NCBI GenBank assembly: GCA_963716745.1
Contig: OY970320.1
Coordinates: forward strand, 832,001-896,000
Direction: 5' to 3'
From: an uncultured Gemmatimonadaceae bacterium
GTDB lineage: Bacteria > Gemmatimonadota > Gemmatimonadetes > Gemmatimonadales > Gemmatimonadaceae
DNA length: 64,000 nucleotides
The position numbers were made by a program, and so were the translations under genes. How positions within the stretch are numbered: position 1 is the first letter of the stretch; the number at the start of each line of letters is the position of its first letter. This document shows, piece after piece, positions 53,228 to 64,000 of the stretch. Below the pieces are notes generated by a model. The model saw only the letters and a program-made list of their open reading frames with translations, was not told where the DNA came from and searched no databases.

Positions 53228-55953
53228 ACGCGCGCCGTTCTCTCATCGCGGGCGCGCTGTTGGTGCTCTCGGCGTGCGTCGACCGCGCGCCGAGGCCACC
53301 CACGCCGCTCGACCTCGCCTTCCAAGTCGCGGATAGCCTGCGCCTCGAGGGGCGCTTTGCGCAGGCAGCGCCGATCCTGTTGGCCCTGCGTGATTCGCTC
53401 GCGGTGGCCGGCGACACCGCCGGTGTTTGGCGGGCTGACCTTTGGCTGGCCGACGCGCTCATCGGCGTCCGTCAAATGGACAGCGCGCGAACCGAACTCG
53501 CGGCGGCGTTTGCCCTGGCCGGCGCTGATGCCGATCGGGAGGCTTGGATAAGGAACGAGCGCAGCCTGTTGCTCGACCGCCTCGGCAAGTTCGATTCGGC
53601 CACCGCCGAAGCGATGCATGCACGCGAGCTGGCACGCATCGCACATGACTCGATGCTCGAGGCGAAGACGTTCAACGAGACCGCCCGCATCCAGTCGCTC
53701 ACCGGTCACTATCGCGAGGCGATCGCCGACAACCTGCAGGCGCTCGCCATCGATTCTGCCCTCGCGGGACGCGCCGTGCGCGACATGGCGATCGAATGGA
53801 ATGAGTTGGGGATCGGCTATCGTCACCTCGGCCGTTTCACCGATGCCGAGCAAATGCTCGTTCAGGCGCTCGTTCTCGAGCGGGCCCGGCGGAACCCGGA
53901 AGGCATCGCGCGAGCGTCGTTCAATCTCGCGAACGTCTATGTCGCGACCGGCGATGACCGCCGCGCCCTCCCGCTCATGCTCGAGTCGCTTCACACCGTG
54001 GAACCCACCGGCAATGCGCGCGGTGAGATCTTCGTGCGCACGGATCTCGCTGAGCTCTATACGCGCGCGGCTCGTTACTCCGAGGCACGCAAGCACATCG
54101 TGAAAGCGCTCGCGCTGAACAACGGTGCGTTCGCGTATTCGCGCGTGGAACTCCTGGGCGCACTCGCGCGGTTGGAGCTCGCCGAGCGGCGGCCATCGCT
54201 CGCGACGATCCTGCTGGACTCTGCGGTGCGCACCGCCGATTCGTTGGGATACGGCCGGCAGCGCGCGTCAGGACGCGCATCGCTCGCGCGCGCGGCGATA
54301 GCGCTCGGCGAACCCGGTCGCGCGGCGCGATCAGGATCCTCCGCCGTGAGGATCGCCGATTCGCTGGACGATCCCGAAGCGCAAGTCGAGGCCCGAGAGG
54401 CGTACGGTGCGGCGCTCGAGGCGGCGGGGCGCTCGAGCGCGTTGGACGAGTATCGGCGGCACGATCGCGCTCCTCGAGTCGTGGCGCGGACGCGTCGCGC
54501 TCGGCGATCTGCGTATGGGAGTCGCGCAGCCGCGGCTCGGCGCGTACGAAGGGGCGATCCGACTGCTGGTTCGTGAGGGCCGTGCAGGTGATGCCTTCGA
54601 CGTCGCCGAACAGGCGCGAGCGAGGCTGCTGCTGGATCTGATGCGCGATCGTGGCGACGGCCCTTCGCGTTCGCGAGATGAAGCGATCCGGCGCCGGTTG
54701 CGTGAGCGAGGCGACGTACGAGGCGATGCGGAGCCGGCACAGCGCGCCGCGATCGACCGCGAGATCGCCGCGCTCGTCGATTCGATCGGCGGCGGCGCGC
54801 GCGACCCTGACGTGCGCGGCGCGATCGCACGCGACCCGGCGCCGCTCCCGATCCATGACATCCAGGCACGGCTCCTCTCGAAGGACCGCGCAATGCTCGT
54901 GGTGTTCTGGGGCGATCAGGATGTGTACGGCTGGTGGATCACCGCCACATCCGTGCGTGCCGCGCGTCTTGGCCCCGCGGATTCGTTGGCGATGATGGTC
55001 GAGTTCCTGCGCACCGCGGTGGAGGACACAACGGGGCGCGTGCCGTGGAAACCGGCCGCGCGGCGGATGTTCGCCACGATCATCGCGCCGCTCGCCCCCG
55101 ATGCTTCCGCCGAAGTGCTCGTGATCACTGACGGCCCGCTCGCGAACGTTCCGGCCGAAGTATTCCTGCCGCCGGGAGACAGCCTCCCGTGGGGCGCGAC
55201 GCGGCGCATCGGGTACGGTCCCTCGGCGTCGGTGCTCGCGACGTTCATGTCCTCCTCCCGAACGCCCCGCTGGGATCGCGCGATCCTCGCGGTAGGGAAT
55301 CCCGCGCCATCGCCGGGTCGCGCGAGCGCGGGACCGGCCGGCGAACGCGACGGCGCGCGCGCGCCTCTCCCGTACGCGGCGGTCGAGGCACGTGAAATCG
55401 CGACACTGTTCGCCGCCGGCACGAGGGATGTGCTCACCGGCCGAGACGCCACGCTCACGCGATGGCGCGCGCTGGATCCTTCGCGCTATCGCTACCTGCA
55501 TTTCGCAGCGCACACGTCGCTCGTCGGCCGCCGGACGGGCGCGTCCGCTGTGATGCTCGCCGACAGCGCCCTCGATCTCCCGGCGATCCGCGCCCTCGAT
55601 CTGACCGCCGAACTGGTGACGTTGTCAGCGTGCGAGACCGCGTTGGGCGATCGCGTGCGCGGCGAGGGAGTCCTCGGACTTTCGCACGCGTTCCTGTCCG
55701 CCGGTGCGCGCGGCACCGTGGTCACGCTCTGGCCGATCCGCGACCGCTCGGCCGCGGATTTCATGACCGCGTTCTATCGCGCATTGAGCGCCGGCGCGGC
55801 GCCATCGGCGGCACTGCTCACCGTACGGCGCGCGTGGATCGCCGCGGCGGTGCGCGCGCGCAACCGGCGAGATGGGCGCCTTATGTGCTCATCGGAGGAG
55901 CTGCGGCGCACGTGAAACTGAACGGCCGGGAGCCGATTGCCGGGAGCCGATGA
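53224..55953 (+). CDS. TPR-CHAT (caspase/HetF-like) protease, predicted lipoprotein (frameshifts near 54460 and 55848)
   Basis: TPR helices; CHAT motifs DGPL, LPYAAVEA, HFAAH, LSACETALG, TLWPI.D, WAPYVLIG. CTG start overlaps the upstream TGA. Confidence 0.88.
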
Positions 55954-56049
55954 GGCATGACAACACATTCCTATAACGACTTCGCGCAGTGTCGTGATGG
56001 AATTTGTTGTCATGCCACATCGGCTCCCGGCAATCGGCTCCCGGCCGTT
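55921..56049. repeat. Palindromic element family F (variant GGGAGCCGATTGCC)
   Basis: AACGGCcgggagccgattgccgggagccgatg...catcggctcccggcaatcggctcccgGCCGTT. Confidence 0.92.
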
Positions 56050-56055
56050 CAGCAG

Positions 56056-57712
56056 TCAGCCCGCTCCGATCGCGTCGCCTACGATCGCCTGCGCCTCGGC
56101 GACGATCCTCTCCAAATGCCCGTCGCCCTTGAAACTCTCCGCATAGATCTTGTAAATGTCTTCCGTCCCCGACGGCCTCGCCGCGAACCATCCTGACGCC
56201 GTATTCACGCGCACGCCGCCGATCGGTGCGTCATTCCCGGGCGCACGATCGATCACGCGATCGATCTTCTCCCCCGCCAATTCCCTGGCGTGCACATCCT
56301 TCGCGGAAAGTTTGCCGAGCCGCGCGCGCTGGTCGGCCGTCGCGGGCGCATTCGATCCGCGTGCTCACCGGCGCGCCGATCTCGCGCGTGAGCTCGTCAT
56401 ACAGCTGGCCCGGGTCCCGCCCGGTGCGCACGGTGATCTCCGCCGCGAGCAGCCCGGCGACGATCCCGTCCTTGTCCGTGGTCCACACCTCGCCGTTCCG
56501 GCGCAGGAACGTCGCACCCGCGCTCTCCTCCCCCACGAATCCGAGCGAGCCGTCTGCGAGCCCGTCCACGAACCACTTGAAGCCCACGGGCACTTCGAAC
56601 AATCGCCGCCCGAGCCGCGCCGTCTCGCGATCGATGGTCGCGCTGCTCACAACGGTCTTCCCTACCCCAACCGCCGCTCCCCACGCGGGACGGTGCGTGA
56701 ACAGGTAGTCGATGGCCGCCGTGAGATAATGGTTCGGCGGCAGCAGTCCGGCGCTCTTCGTCACGATGCCGTGCCGGTCATGATCGGTGTCGCACGCGAA
56801 CGCCACATCGAACCCGTCCTTGAGCGCGATCAGCCGCTGCATCGCGTACGGCGACGACGGATCCATCCGAATGCGACCATCCCAATCCAGCGTCATGAAA
56901 CGGAACGTCTCGTCCACTGCATCGCTCACGACGGTGAGATCCAGGTCGTAGCGCTCCGCAATGACTGGCCAGTAGTGCACGCCCGCGCCGCCGAGCGGAT
57001 CGACACCAATGCGGATCGCGCCGCGACGGATGACGCTCATGTCCACCACGTTCTCGAGATCGCGCACGTACGCATCGCGATAGTCGTAGCGATGCGTCGT
57101 CGGCTGCCGTCAGCGCGCTGGCGTGCGGCACGCGCTTCACGCCCGAGAGCGAGCTCTCGAGCAGTTCGTTCGCGCGTTTGCCGATCCAGTCCGTGACCGC
57201 CGTGGCCGCCGGCCCGCCGCTCGGCGGATCGTACTTGAAGCCGCCATCTTCCGGCGGATTGTGCGACGGCGTGATCACGATGCCATCCGCGAGTCGCGTC
57301 GCGCCGCCCGCTGTTGTACGCGATGATCGCATGCGACACGACCGGCGTCGGCGTGAACTCGTCCCCCTCGGCGAGCATCACATCCACTCCGTTCGCCCGC
57401 CAACACCTCCAGCGCGGAGGCGCACGCCGGCGCCGAGAGCGCGTGGGTGTCGAAGCCCATGAACAACGGGCCGTTCGTGCCCTGCGCGCGGCGATACTCG
57501 CAGATGGCCTGCGTGATCGCCAGGATGTGCCACTCGTTGAATGCGCGATCGAACGAGGAACCCCGGTGCCCGGAAGTCCCGAACGCCACGCGCTGCGCCG
57601 GCACGCCGGGATCGGGCCGCTCGGAGTAGTACGCGGTCACGAGCTTCGCGACGTCCACGAGCATCCCGGGCGCCGGCAGTTTGCCGGCGAGCGGACTGAT
57701 CCCCGCGCTCAT
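56056..57712 (-). CDS. pgm: Phosphoglucomutase (alpha-D-glucose-1,6-bisphosphate-dependent; about 4 frameshifts)
   Basis: [28 protein letters not shown] and RPSGTE motifs spread over several frames. Confidence 0.93.
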
Positions 57713-60700
57713 TTGCCGAGTACGACGCGCACGTGATGCGTACCGCCGGTGCACACGATCGGGATGCCGGCCTTCGGATCGGCCGCGGCGCCATCCACTT
57801 CGAGCACGGATACCCCGCGCGACACTCCCTGCGGATTCTCTACCGTGATCTCATAGCGTGACTCGCCGGCGCGGAACGTCATCGTGTACCGCGGCCACGC
57901 CGTGGGGATGCACGGATCGATCACGAGCCGGTCGCCGCGCACACGCAGGCCGAGCATCCACTCGATGCCCGCACGATAGAGCCAACCCGCCGAGCCCGTG
58001 TACCAGCTCCATCCGCCGCGGCCGGAGTGCGGATCGGCGTAGACATCGCCGGGCACCGCGTACGGCTCGATCCGGTAGCGATGCACGCCCGCGGCCGTTG
58101 CCGCGCGGCGCACGGGATTGAGCATGGCCATGAGCTGCGCCGCGCGATCGCCTTGCCCAAGCTCGGCGAATGCGATCACCGCCCACGCCGCGGCGTGCGT
58201 GTATTGTCCGCCGTTCTCGCGCACGCCCGGCACGTAACCCTTGATGTACCCGGGCTCGAGCGGTGTGCGGTCGAACGGCGGCGTGAGCAGCAGCACGAGC
58301 TGATCCTCTTCGCGTACGAGCTTCTCACTCAGCGATCGCATGGCGCGCTGCGCGCGTTCACGCGGTGCCGCTCCCGAGATCACGGACCACGTTTGCGCGA
58401 TGGAATCGATCTCGCACGCATCCGCGCCCTTGGTTCCCAGCGGCGTGCCGTCGTCGAAATAGGCGCGACGGTACCACTCGCCGTCCCACCCTTCGCGCTC
58501 GGCGGCGCCGGCCAGCATGTTCGCGTGCGAACTCCACGCTTCGGCACGCGTGTGCTCCCCGCGCGCGGTCGCGATCGAGGCCCATTTCGTGAGCACGACG
58601 TGCAGGAACCACGCCATCCACACGCTCTCGCCCTGTCCCATTGCGCCGACGTTATTCATCCCGTCGTTCCAGTCGCCTGTGCCCATGAGCGGCAGTCCGT
58701 GCGAGCCCACCGAAAGACTCCGGTCGATCGCGCGCGCGCAGTGCTCGAAGATCGTGGCGCGCTGGTCGGAGACGCGCGGCTCGAAGTACGATTCGAACTG
58801 ACCGGCGGTGAGCACCGGCCCCTCGATGAACGCCGCCTGCTCGTCGAGCAGCTTGGTATCGCCGCTCACGCTCATGTAGTGCTCGGCGACATACGGCAGC
58901 CAGAGCAGATCATCCACGATGCGCGTACGCACGCCGCGTCCCGTACGCTCGTGCCACCAATGCTGCACGTCGCCTTCCACGAATTGCCGGCCGGCAGCGC
59001 GCACGATCTGTTCGCGCGCGAGGTCGGGGCGCGCCACCGCGACCGCCATCACGTCCTGGAGCTGGTCCCGGAATCCGTACGCACCGCTCGCCTGGTAGAA
59101 GCCGGTGCGCGCCCACAACCGGCTCGCGACGGTCTGATACAGGAGCCAGCGATTGAGCATGATGTCCAGCGCGCGGTCGGGCGTCTCCACCTGCACCGTG
59201 CCGAGCAGTTTATCCCACACGCCGAGCGTTTCGGCGAGACTCGCACTGGGGTCCGCGGCGCGCTGGCGCTGCACCACTGCGCGCGCCTCTTCGGCGTTCT
59301 CCCCTTCTCCGAGGAGGAAGACCACCGTGCTCTCCGCACCCTCGGCGAGATCCATCGTGGTCTGCAGGGCGGCGCATGGATCGTACGCCGCCCCGATGCG
59401 TCCCGAGAGGCGATCGCCGCGCACGAGCGCGAGCGGCCGCGCGATGGATCCGTTGCGCCCAATGAATTCCGTGCGATCCCCGGTCACCGAGGTCTGCGCG
59501 CCTGCGAGATCGGCGAACGCCACGCAGTCGCCGAAGTCGGTGTTCCACGCATTGCGCGCGAAGATCGCACCCGTGGTCTCATCGATCTCGGTGACGACGA
59601 AGGGCGCCGAGCCGCTGCGCGATTGCGCCAACACCCATTGCACGAAGGCGGTGACCGACAATCGCCGCGCGCGTCCCGACGTGTTCCGCAGTGTGAGGCG
59701 CGCGATCTTCACGGGATCGGCCGCCGGCACGAATTGCACGAGTTCCAGCGCAATGCCGTGCGCGTCATAGGTGTGCTTCGTGTACCCATGACCGTGCCGC
59801 GCGACGTACTCGCCCTGCGGCTCGCGGATCGGCAGCGGTGTGGCGCTCCAGAATTCGCCGGAATCCTCGTCGCGAATGTACAGCACGTCGCTGGGCGCGT
59901 CGGTCACGGGGTCGTTGGACCACGGGCTGAGCTGGTTCGCTTGGCTGTTCCGCGACCAGGTCATGCCCGACCCCGATTCCGACACGAGGCACCCGAAGCG
60001 CCCATTCGCGATCACGTTCACCCAGGGCGCGGGTGTCCACACGCCCGGCCCGAGTTGAGTCACGTACTCGCGTCCCGAGGCCGCGAAGCCGCCGGTACCG
60101 TTCGCGAACTCGAGATCCTCACGTGCCGCCGCGGGCGGCGGCTCGCGCACGGCATCGCGGTCTTCATCGGTCACGGGCTCCGGCAACAGCGCGCGTATAT
60201 TGCTCACCGGCACGGGCTCGCTGCGGTACGCGCGCGCCACCTGTTCCGCGAGCGGACCGCGACGGCTCGAGAGCTCGATGCGCGCCACACTCTCGAGCAC
60301 TTCCTGCTGGGCCGCCGTCATCTGGTCGGAGCGCATCGTGAAGATCCGGCCCTCCGCGGCGCTTGTGTCGGGCGCCGTCGTGGACTTGCTCGTGCGCACC
60401 AGCGTGTCGAGCAGCGTCTGCAGGTCTTGGAGGTATGACGGCGCGCGGTCGTTGAGAATGACGAGGTCCACCGCCAGGCGCTTCATGCGCCAGTACGCAT
60501 GCGCTTTCAGCAGCTGGCGCACGATGCCCACATCGTCCGCCGCATCGATCTTCACCAGCACGATCGGCAGATCGCCCGAGATGCCGTGCACCCAGAGCGC
60601 CGCGTTGGAGCCGGACTGGTGCGTGCGCGCGGCCGCCGTCGCGACCAGCGCGCGGTCGGCATAGAGGATGGATCCCGCGAGCGTCTGGAACAGATGCGCT

Positions 60701-63700
60701 TCCATCGCGTCGATGCCGAGGTGATGCAGCTGCACCTGCGACTGCGTCCATGCGAGCGTGGCCGCGCGCTCGAACGTGGTGACGTCGTGGTACTTGTCGG
60801 CGAGATCGAGCGCCTCGTCGCGCTTGCCGGCCACGAGCGTGGAGAACGCGACGTGTACCGTGCGCCCGGGGCGGATGCGTATGCGGCGGCGCAGGCTCAC
60901 GATCGGATCGAGCACCGCGCCCGCGCTGTTCGACAAGTGATGTCCCTCTTCCTCCGCCATCGCATGGCGCAGATCGCGCCCGCGTCCGAGGAACAAAGCA
61001 CGGTCGGTCTCCCACTGCAGATCGCCCACCGTCTCCCCTTCCACGGCCATCACGTGCGCCAGCCATACCTCGGTGTCGCTTGGCGAGCGGCGCCGGCGCG
61101 TGACGAGCAACGTGTCGCGCTCGGGCACGGCCTCGGTCTGCACGAAAAGGTTCGAGAACGCCGGGTGCGCGTTGTCGGCCGCCGCCGGCGCCAGCACGAC
61201 CTCGGCGTACGAGGTCACGTCGAGTTCGCGCGTGCGTCCACCGGAGTTCGTGATCGACACGCGGCGCACTTCCGCGTCGTCTTCACTCGAGACGATCACC
61301 TCGAGGCGCGTCGTGATCGCGCCGTCGCGCCGCGTGAATTCGGCGCGATCCTCGGTGAACGCCACCTCGTAGCTCTCGGGCGCGGCCGCCGACGGCTGGA
61401 AGCCGGCGCTCCAGCGCTCGCCGCTCGCCGCGTCGCGGATGAGCACGTACGATCCCATGTCGTCGCACGTCGCGTCCGGGCGCCAGCGCGTCACGGCGAT
61501 ATCGCGCCAGTGGCTGTAGCCCGAGCCCGCCGTGCTCATCATCACGGCGTAGCGCCCATTGCTCAGCAACTGGGTGCGCGGCGCCCCGGTTTGCGGCGTT
61601 TCATAGAATCGCGTGCGCGGCGACACGAGTTCGCGAATGTCCGCCACCGCGAGATTCGCGTCCGCGCGCGGCCGCGCCACGGGCACATCGCGCGGCGTGC
61701 GCTCCTGCAGCAGCAGTTCGGTGGCGCGCACCATTGGCTCGGCGTGGAAGCGGTCCTGCATGCGGCCGCGATGCAGCGCGTTCCCGATCGCGACGATCGC
61801 CATCGCCTGATGATGCGCCATGTACATGCGCACCACTTCGCGCGTTTCCCCTTCGGGCAATCGCGCGGGCGTGTAATCGATCGACTCATAGAAGCCGTAC
61901 TCGCCGTCGCCGCCCTGCGCGGCGAGGGCGCGCAGATTCTCCAATGCGGAGCGCGGATCGAACTGCGCCGCGAGCGCACTCGCGTAGGGCGCGATCACGA
62001 TGTCGTCGCCCAGCCCGCGGCGGAAGCCGAGTCCGGGCACGCCGAAGCTCGCGTACTGGAAGGTCATGCCGAGGTCGCGCGCGAAGTAGCCCGACTCCGA
62101 GACGCCCCACGGCGTACCGCGCTCCTCGCCGTAGTCCATCTGCCGCTGCACCACGAGGCGCGACGTCTGTTCCAACAGGCTGCCCGGCGGCGTGCGCATG
62201 ACGAGCGCCGGCATGAGATACTCGAACATCGATCCCGCCCACGACATGAGCACCGAGTCGCGGCGCACCGGCGTGAGCAGCCGGCCCAGGCGGAACCAGT
62301 GGCGGGCCGGCACGTCGCCCTTGGCGATGGCGATGAAGCTGAGCAATCGCGCTTCGGACGCGAGCAGGTCGTAGCGACTGTCGTCGAGCGCGCGGTCGGT
62401 CATGCGATAACCGATCGCGAAGAGCATGCGCGACGGATCGAACAGGAATCTGAAATCCTGCTCGGCGACCGCGACGCGTGCGGCCGCCGCTTGTGCCTCG
62501 AGCCGGACGCGCAGCGCGTCGATCGCGGCCGCGCTGCGCTCCAGCGCCGAGGCGAGCGCATCGATGCTGCGCAACCGGCCGGCGTTCGCCTCGCCGTCCA
62601 CGACGAGTTCGGCGCGCACCGTGGCCACATCGCTGAGCGCCGCGGCGCACATCGCGGGCACCTCGGCCAGCGGAAGGTCCGGCGTGAATCGTGCGAGCGC
62701 CGGCGCGGCCGCGTCGTCCACGCGCAGACGGCACCACGGGAGCAACGTGTCGAGATCGCGGTCGTGCGTGGCCACCGCGTCGCGCAGCGCGGCGGCGCAC
62801 GACGTGATCGATCGCGGCGACTCCTGGGGCTGCGCGCCGGCCGCATCGCGCGCGCGATCGCTCACGGTGCGCGCCGCCGCCTCGAGTTCAGCGATGCGCG
62901 TGGCGTAGGCGATCGTGCCGGTGGGGGCGTCGGTGAGCAATGTGCTGAACACGCCGAGCGCGGCGTCGAGGCGCTCGAGCGAGCGCTCGTTCCCATCGCC
63001 TTCGTGACGCGCCTGCTCTACCGCCTCGCGCAACAGCAACACCGCATTGGCGATGCCCGAGAGCCGCGCGACGCCGCGAGCGCCGTCGCGCAGCAGCGCG
63101 TCGCAACCATTCGCCACTGCGATCAGCGAGCCCGCGAGATTGCCGCTGTCCACGCTCGACACATAGCGCGGCTCGAGCGCCTGCGCGGTGATCGTGTCGT
63201 ACCAGTTGAAGAGATGGCCGCGATACGTTTCGAGCGACTTGGTCGCGGCCAGTGTCGCCTCCAGGCGGTCCACGGCATCGAGCGTTCCGACCCAACCGAA
63301 GTCGTGCGCCGAGAACACCGAGAGGAGATAGAGTCCGATGTTCGTGGGCGAAGTGCGCGTCGTGACGACCGGGCGCGGCGTCTCCTGGAAATTGTCCGGC
63401 GGCAGCGAATGGTTCCCCGGCGTCACGAACGTCGCGAAGTAGTTCCACGTGCGCCGCGCGATGAGCCGCAGCGCGCGCGCATCCTCTTCGTCGATGTCGC
63501 CCGCGGCGACGGCGGGCAGCGGCCGGCTCAGCCACCACGCGACACCGGGCGCGAACAGCCAGAGCAGCAGGAAGGGCGCCGCGAGCGGCGCGGATGCGGG
63601 CTGCACGAGCAGCACGGCGATCGCCGCGGCCACGGTGATCGCCACCGAGCCCGCCATGCGCCGGTAGAATCCGGGGATCGCACGCGGCGCGCGCGCGGCC

Positions 63701-64000
63701 GCGATGCCGGACGCACGCCACTCGAGCAGATGCCGGTGCGACACGCCGAGCCGCCAGAGCGTGCGCACGATCGCGTGCATCATGAGCCACGCCCCGTTCG
63801 CGATCGTCACCACCTGCAGGCCGATCTGATCCGTCGCGGCCGCGAAGTCGCGAAGCACCGCGCGCACGTGGCTGCGCTTGGAGATGCCGGACATCCGCGG
63901 CCAGATGCCGGCGATCGCGGGAATGAGCGGCGGCACGGCGAGCACGGTGAGAATGAACGCCGTCCAGAGCGCCGGCATCGCGTCGGGCCAGAGCCAACAC
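57709..64000 (-). CDS. ndvB: Cyclic beta-1,2-glucan synthase (Cgs/NdvB/ChvB-type) C-terminal part with glucoamylase-like and GH94 domains; N-terminus beyond the window
   Basis: 'PPDNFQE', 'RTSPTNIGL', 'YDLLASEAR', '[15 protein letters not shown]', 'GDWNDGMN', '[12 protein letters not shown]'. Confidence 0.9.
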   Translation of the reverse strand, partial: CWLWPDAMPALWTAFILTVLAVPPLIPAIAGIWPRMSGISKRSHVRAVLRDFAAATDQIGLQVVTIANGAWLMMHAIVRTLWRLGVSHRHLLEWRASGIAAARAPRAIPGFYRRMAGSVAITVAAAIAVLLVQPASAPLAAPFLLLWLFAPGVAWWLSRPLPAVAAGDIDEEDARALRLIARRTWNYFATFVTPGNHSLPPDNFQETPRPVVTTRTSPTNIGLYLLSVFSAHDFGWVGTLDAVDRLEATLAATKSLETYRGHLFNWYDTITAQALEPRYVSSVDSGNLAGSLIAVANGCDALLRDGARGVARLSGIANAVLLLREAVEQARHEGDGNERSLERLDAALGVFSTLLTDAPTGTIAYATRIAELEAAARTVSDRARDAAGAQPQESPRSITSCAAALRDAVATHDRDLDTLLPWCRLRVDDAAAPALARFTPDLPLAEVPAMCAAALSDVATVRAELVVDGEANAGRLRSIDALASALERSAAAIDALRVRLEAQAAAARVAVAEQDFRFLFDPSRMLFAIGYRMTDRALDDSRYDLLASEARLLSFIAIAKGDVPARHWFRLGRLLTPVRRDSVLMSWAGSMFEYLMPALVMRTPPGSLLEQTSRLVVQRQMDYGEERGTPWGVSESGYFARDLGMTFQYASFGVPGLGFRRGLGDDIVIAPYASALAAQFDPRSALENLRALAAQGGDGEYGFYESIDYTPARLPEGETREVVRMYMAHHQAMAIVAIGNALHRGRMQDRFHAEPMVRATELLLQERTPRDVPVARPRADANLAVADIRELVSPRTRFYETPQTGAPRTQLLSNGRYAVMMSTAGSGYSHWRDIAVTRWRPDATCDDMGSYVLIRDAASGERWSAGFQPSAAAPESYEVAFTEDRAEFTRRDGAITTRLEVIVSSEDDAEVRRVSITNSGGRTRELDVTSYAEVVLAPAAADNAHPAFSNLFVQTEAVPERDTLLVTRRRRSPSDTEVWLAHVMAVEGETVGDLQWETDRALFLGRGRDLRHAMAEEEGHHLSNSAGAVLDPIVSLRRRIRIRPGRTVHVAFSTLVAGKRDEALDLADKYHDVTTFERAATLAWTQSQVQLHHLGIDAMEAHLFQTLAGSILYADRALVATAAARTHQSGSNAALWVHGISGDLPIVLVKIDAADDVGIVRQLLKAHAYWRMKRLAVDLVILNDRAPSYLQDLQTLLDTLVRTSKSTTAPDTSAAEGRIFTMRSDQMTAAQQEVLESVARIELSSRRGPLAEQVARAYRSEPVPVSNIRALLPEPVTDEDRDAVREPPPAAAREDLEFANGTGGFAASGREYVTQLGPGVWTPAPWVNVIANGRFGCLVSESGSGMTWSRNSQANQLSPWSNDPVTDAPSDVLYIRDEDSGEFWSATPLPIREPQGEYVARHGHGYTKHTYDAHGIALELVQFVPAADPVKIARLTLRNTSGRARRLSVTAFVQWVLAQSRSGSAPFVVTEIDETTGAIFARNAWNTDFGDCVAFADLAGAQTSVTGDRTEFIGRNGSIARPLALVRGDRLSGRIGAAYDPCAALQTTMDLAEGAESTVVFLLGEGENAEEARAVVQRQRAADPSASLAETLGVWDKLLGTVQVETPDRALDIMLNRWLLYQTVASRLWARTGFYQASGAYGFRDQLQDVMAVAVARPDLAREQIVRAAGRQFVEGDVQHWWHERTGRGVRTRIVDDLLWLPYVAEHYMSVSGDTKLLDEQAAFIEGPVLTAGQFESYFEPRVSDQRATIFEHCARAIDRSLSVGSHGLPLMGTGDWNDGMNNVGAMGQGESVWMAWFLHVVLTKWASIATARGEHTRAEAWSSHANMLAGAAEREGWDGEWYRRAYFDDGTPLGTKGADACEIDSIAQTWSVISGAAPRERAQRAMRSLSEKLVREEDQLVLLLTPPFDRTPLEPGYIKGYVPGVRENGGQYTHAAAWAVIAFAELGQGDRAAQLMAMLNPVRRAATAAGVHRYRIEPYAVPGDVYADPHSGRGGWSWYTGSAGWLYRAGIEWMLGLRVRGDRLVIDPCIPTAWPRYTMTFRAGESRYEITVENPQGVSRGVSVLEVDGAAADPKAGIPIVCTGGTHHVRVVLGK

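Noticed and set aside
52029..55953. Type III-E CRISPR (Craspase) locus
   Set aside because: No Cas7-11, Csx30/31 or array is present, and the CHAT protein appears to be exported.
1144..56049. Canonical integron or CALIN cassette array
   Set aside because: There is no intI. Genes point both ways and include operons and housekeeping genes (pgm, fpg). Several elements exceed typical attC length and most right ends do not match GTTRRRY. Kept only as an analogy.
3667..57712. Mass pseudogenisation or programmed frameshifting in about 15 genes
   Set aside because: Single-base indels are scattered through otherwise intact genes, including pgm with about four, with no slippery motifs noticed. This is typical of unpolished long-read assembly.
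1..64000. tRNA, rRNA, transposase, reverse transcriptase/DGR or prophage genes
   Set aside because: I recognised none by eye or in the ORF track. A covariance-model search was not possible.

Overview
This is a high-GC bacterial chromosomal window. Gemmatimonadota is my inference, based on three paralogous Ser/Thr kinase-beta-propeller genes starting 'RL..AL.DRY.lereLG.GGMATVYLA', a PadR + ADOP permease pair and a VPS10/BNR protein. There are about 45 protein genes and no rRNA, tRNA, CRISPR array, transposase or integrase. About 15 genes carry single-base frameshifts, most likely long-read assembly errors. Recognisable loci include a TetR regulator, DUF885, DUF1801, a PlsC acyltransferase, ClC-CBS, two ECF sigma/anti-sigma clusters (one coupled to a lipoprotein TPR-CHAT protease), an ABC-2 exporter, Fpg/Nei, a cyclophilin, a cNMP-histidine kinase with a REC-thioredoxin reductase fusion, pgm and a cyclic beta-1,2-glucan synthase-type GH94 gene. 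The most unusual signal is non-coding. About 27 intergenic palindromes or half-palindromes fall into at least 8 families with unrelated internal sequence, mostly built from 7-, 9-, 13-, 14- or 37-bp units. They converge on the same termini (5'-AACN(G/A)C...G(C/T)NGTT-3') and often sit on or next to stop codons (TAA-C overlap). They show compensated arm changes and are centred in a local G/T-rich to C/A-rich strand-composition switch that extends into the flanking genes.
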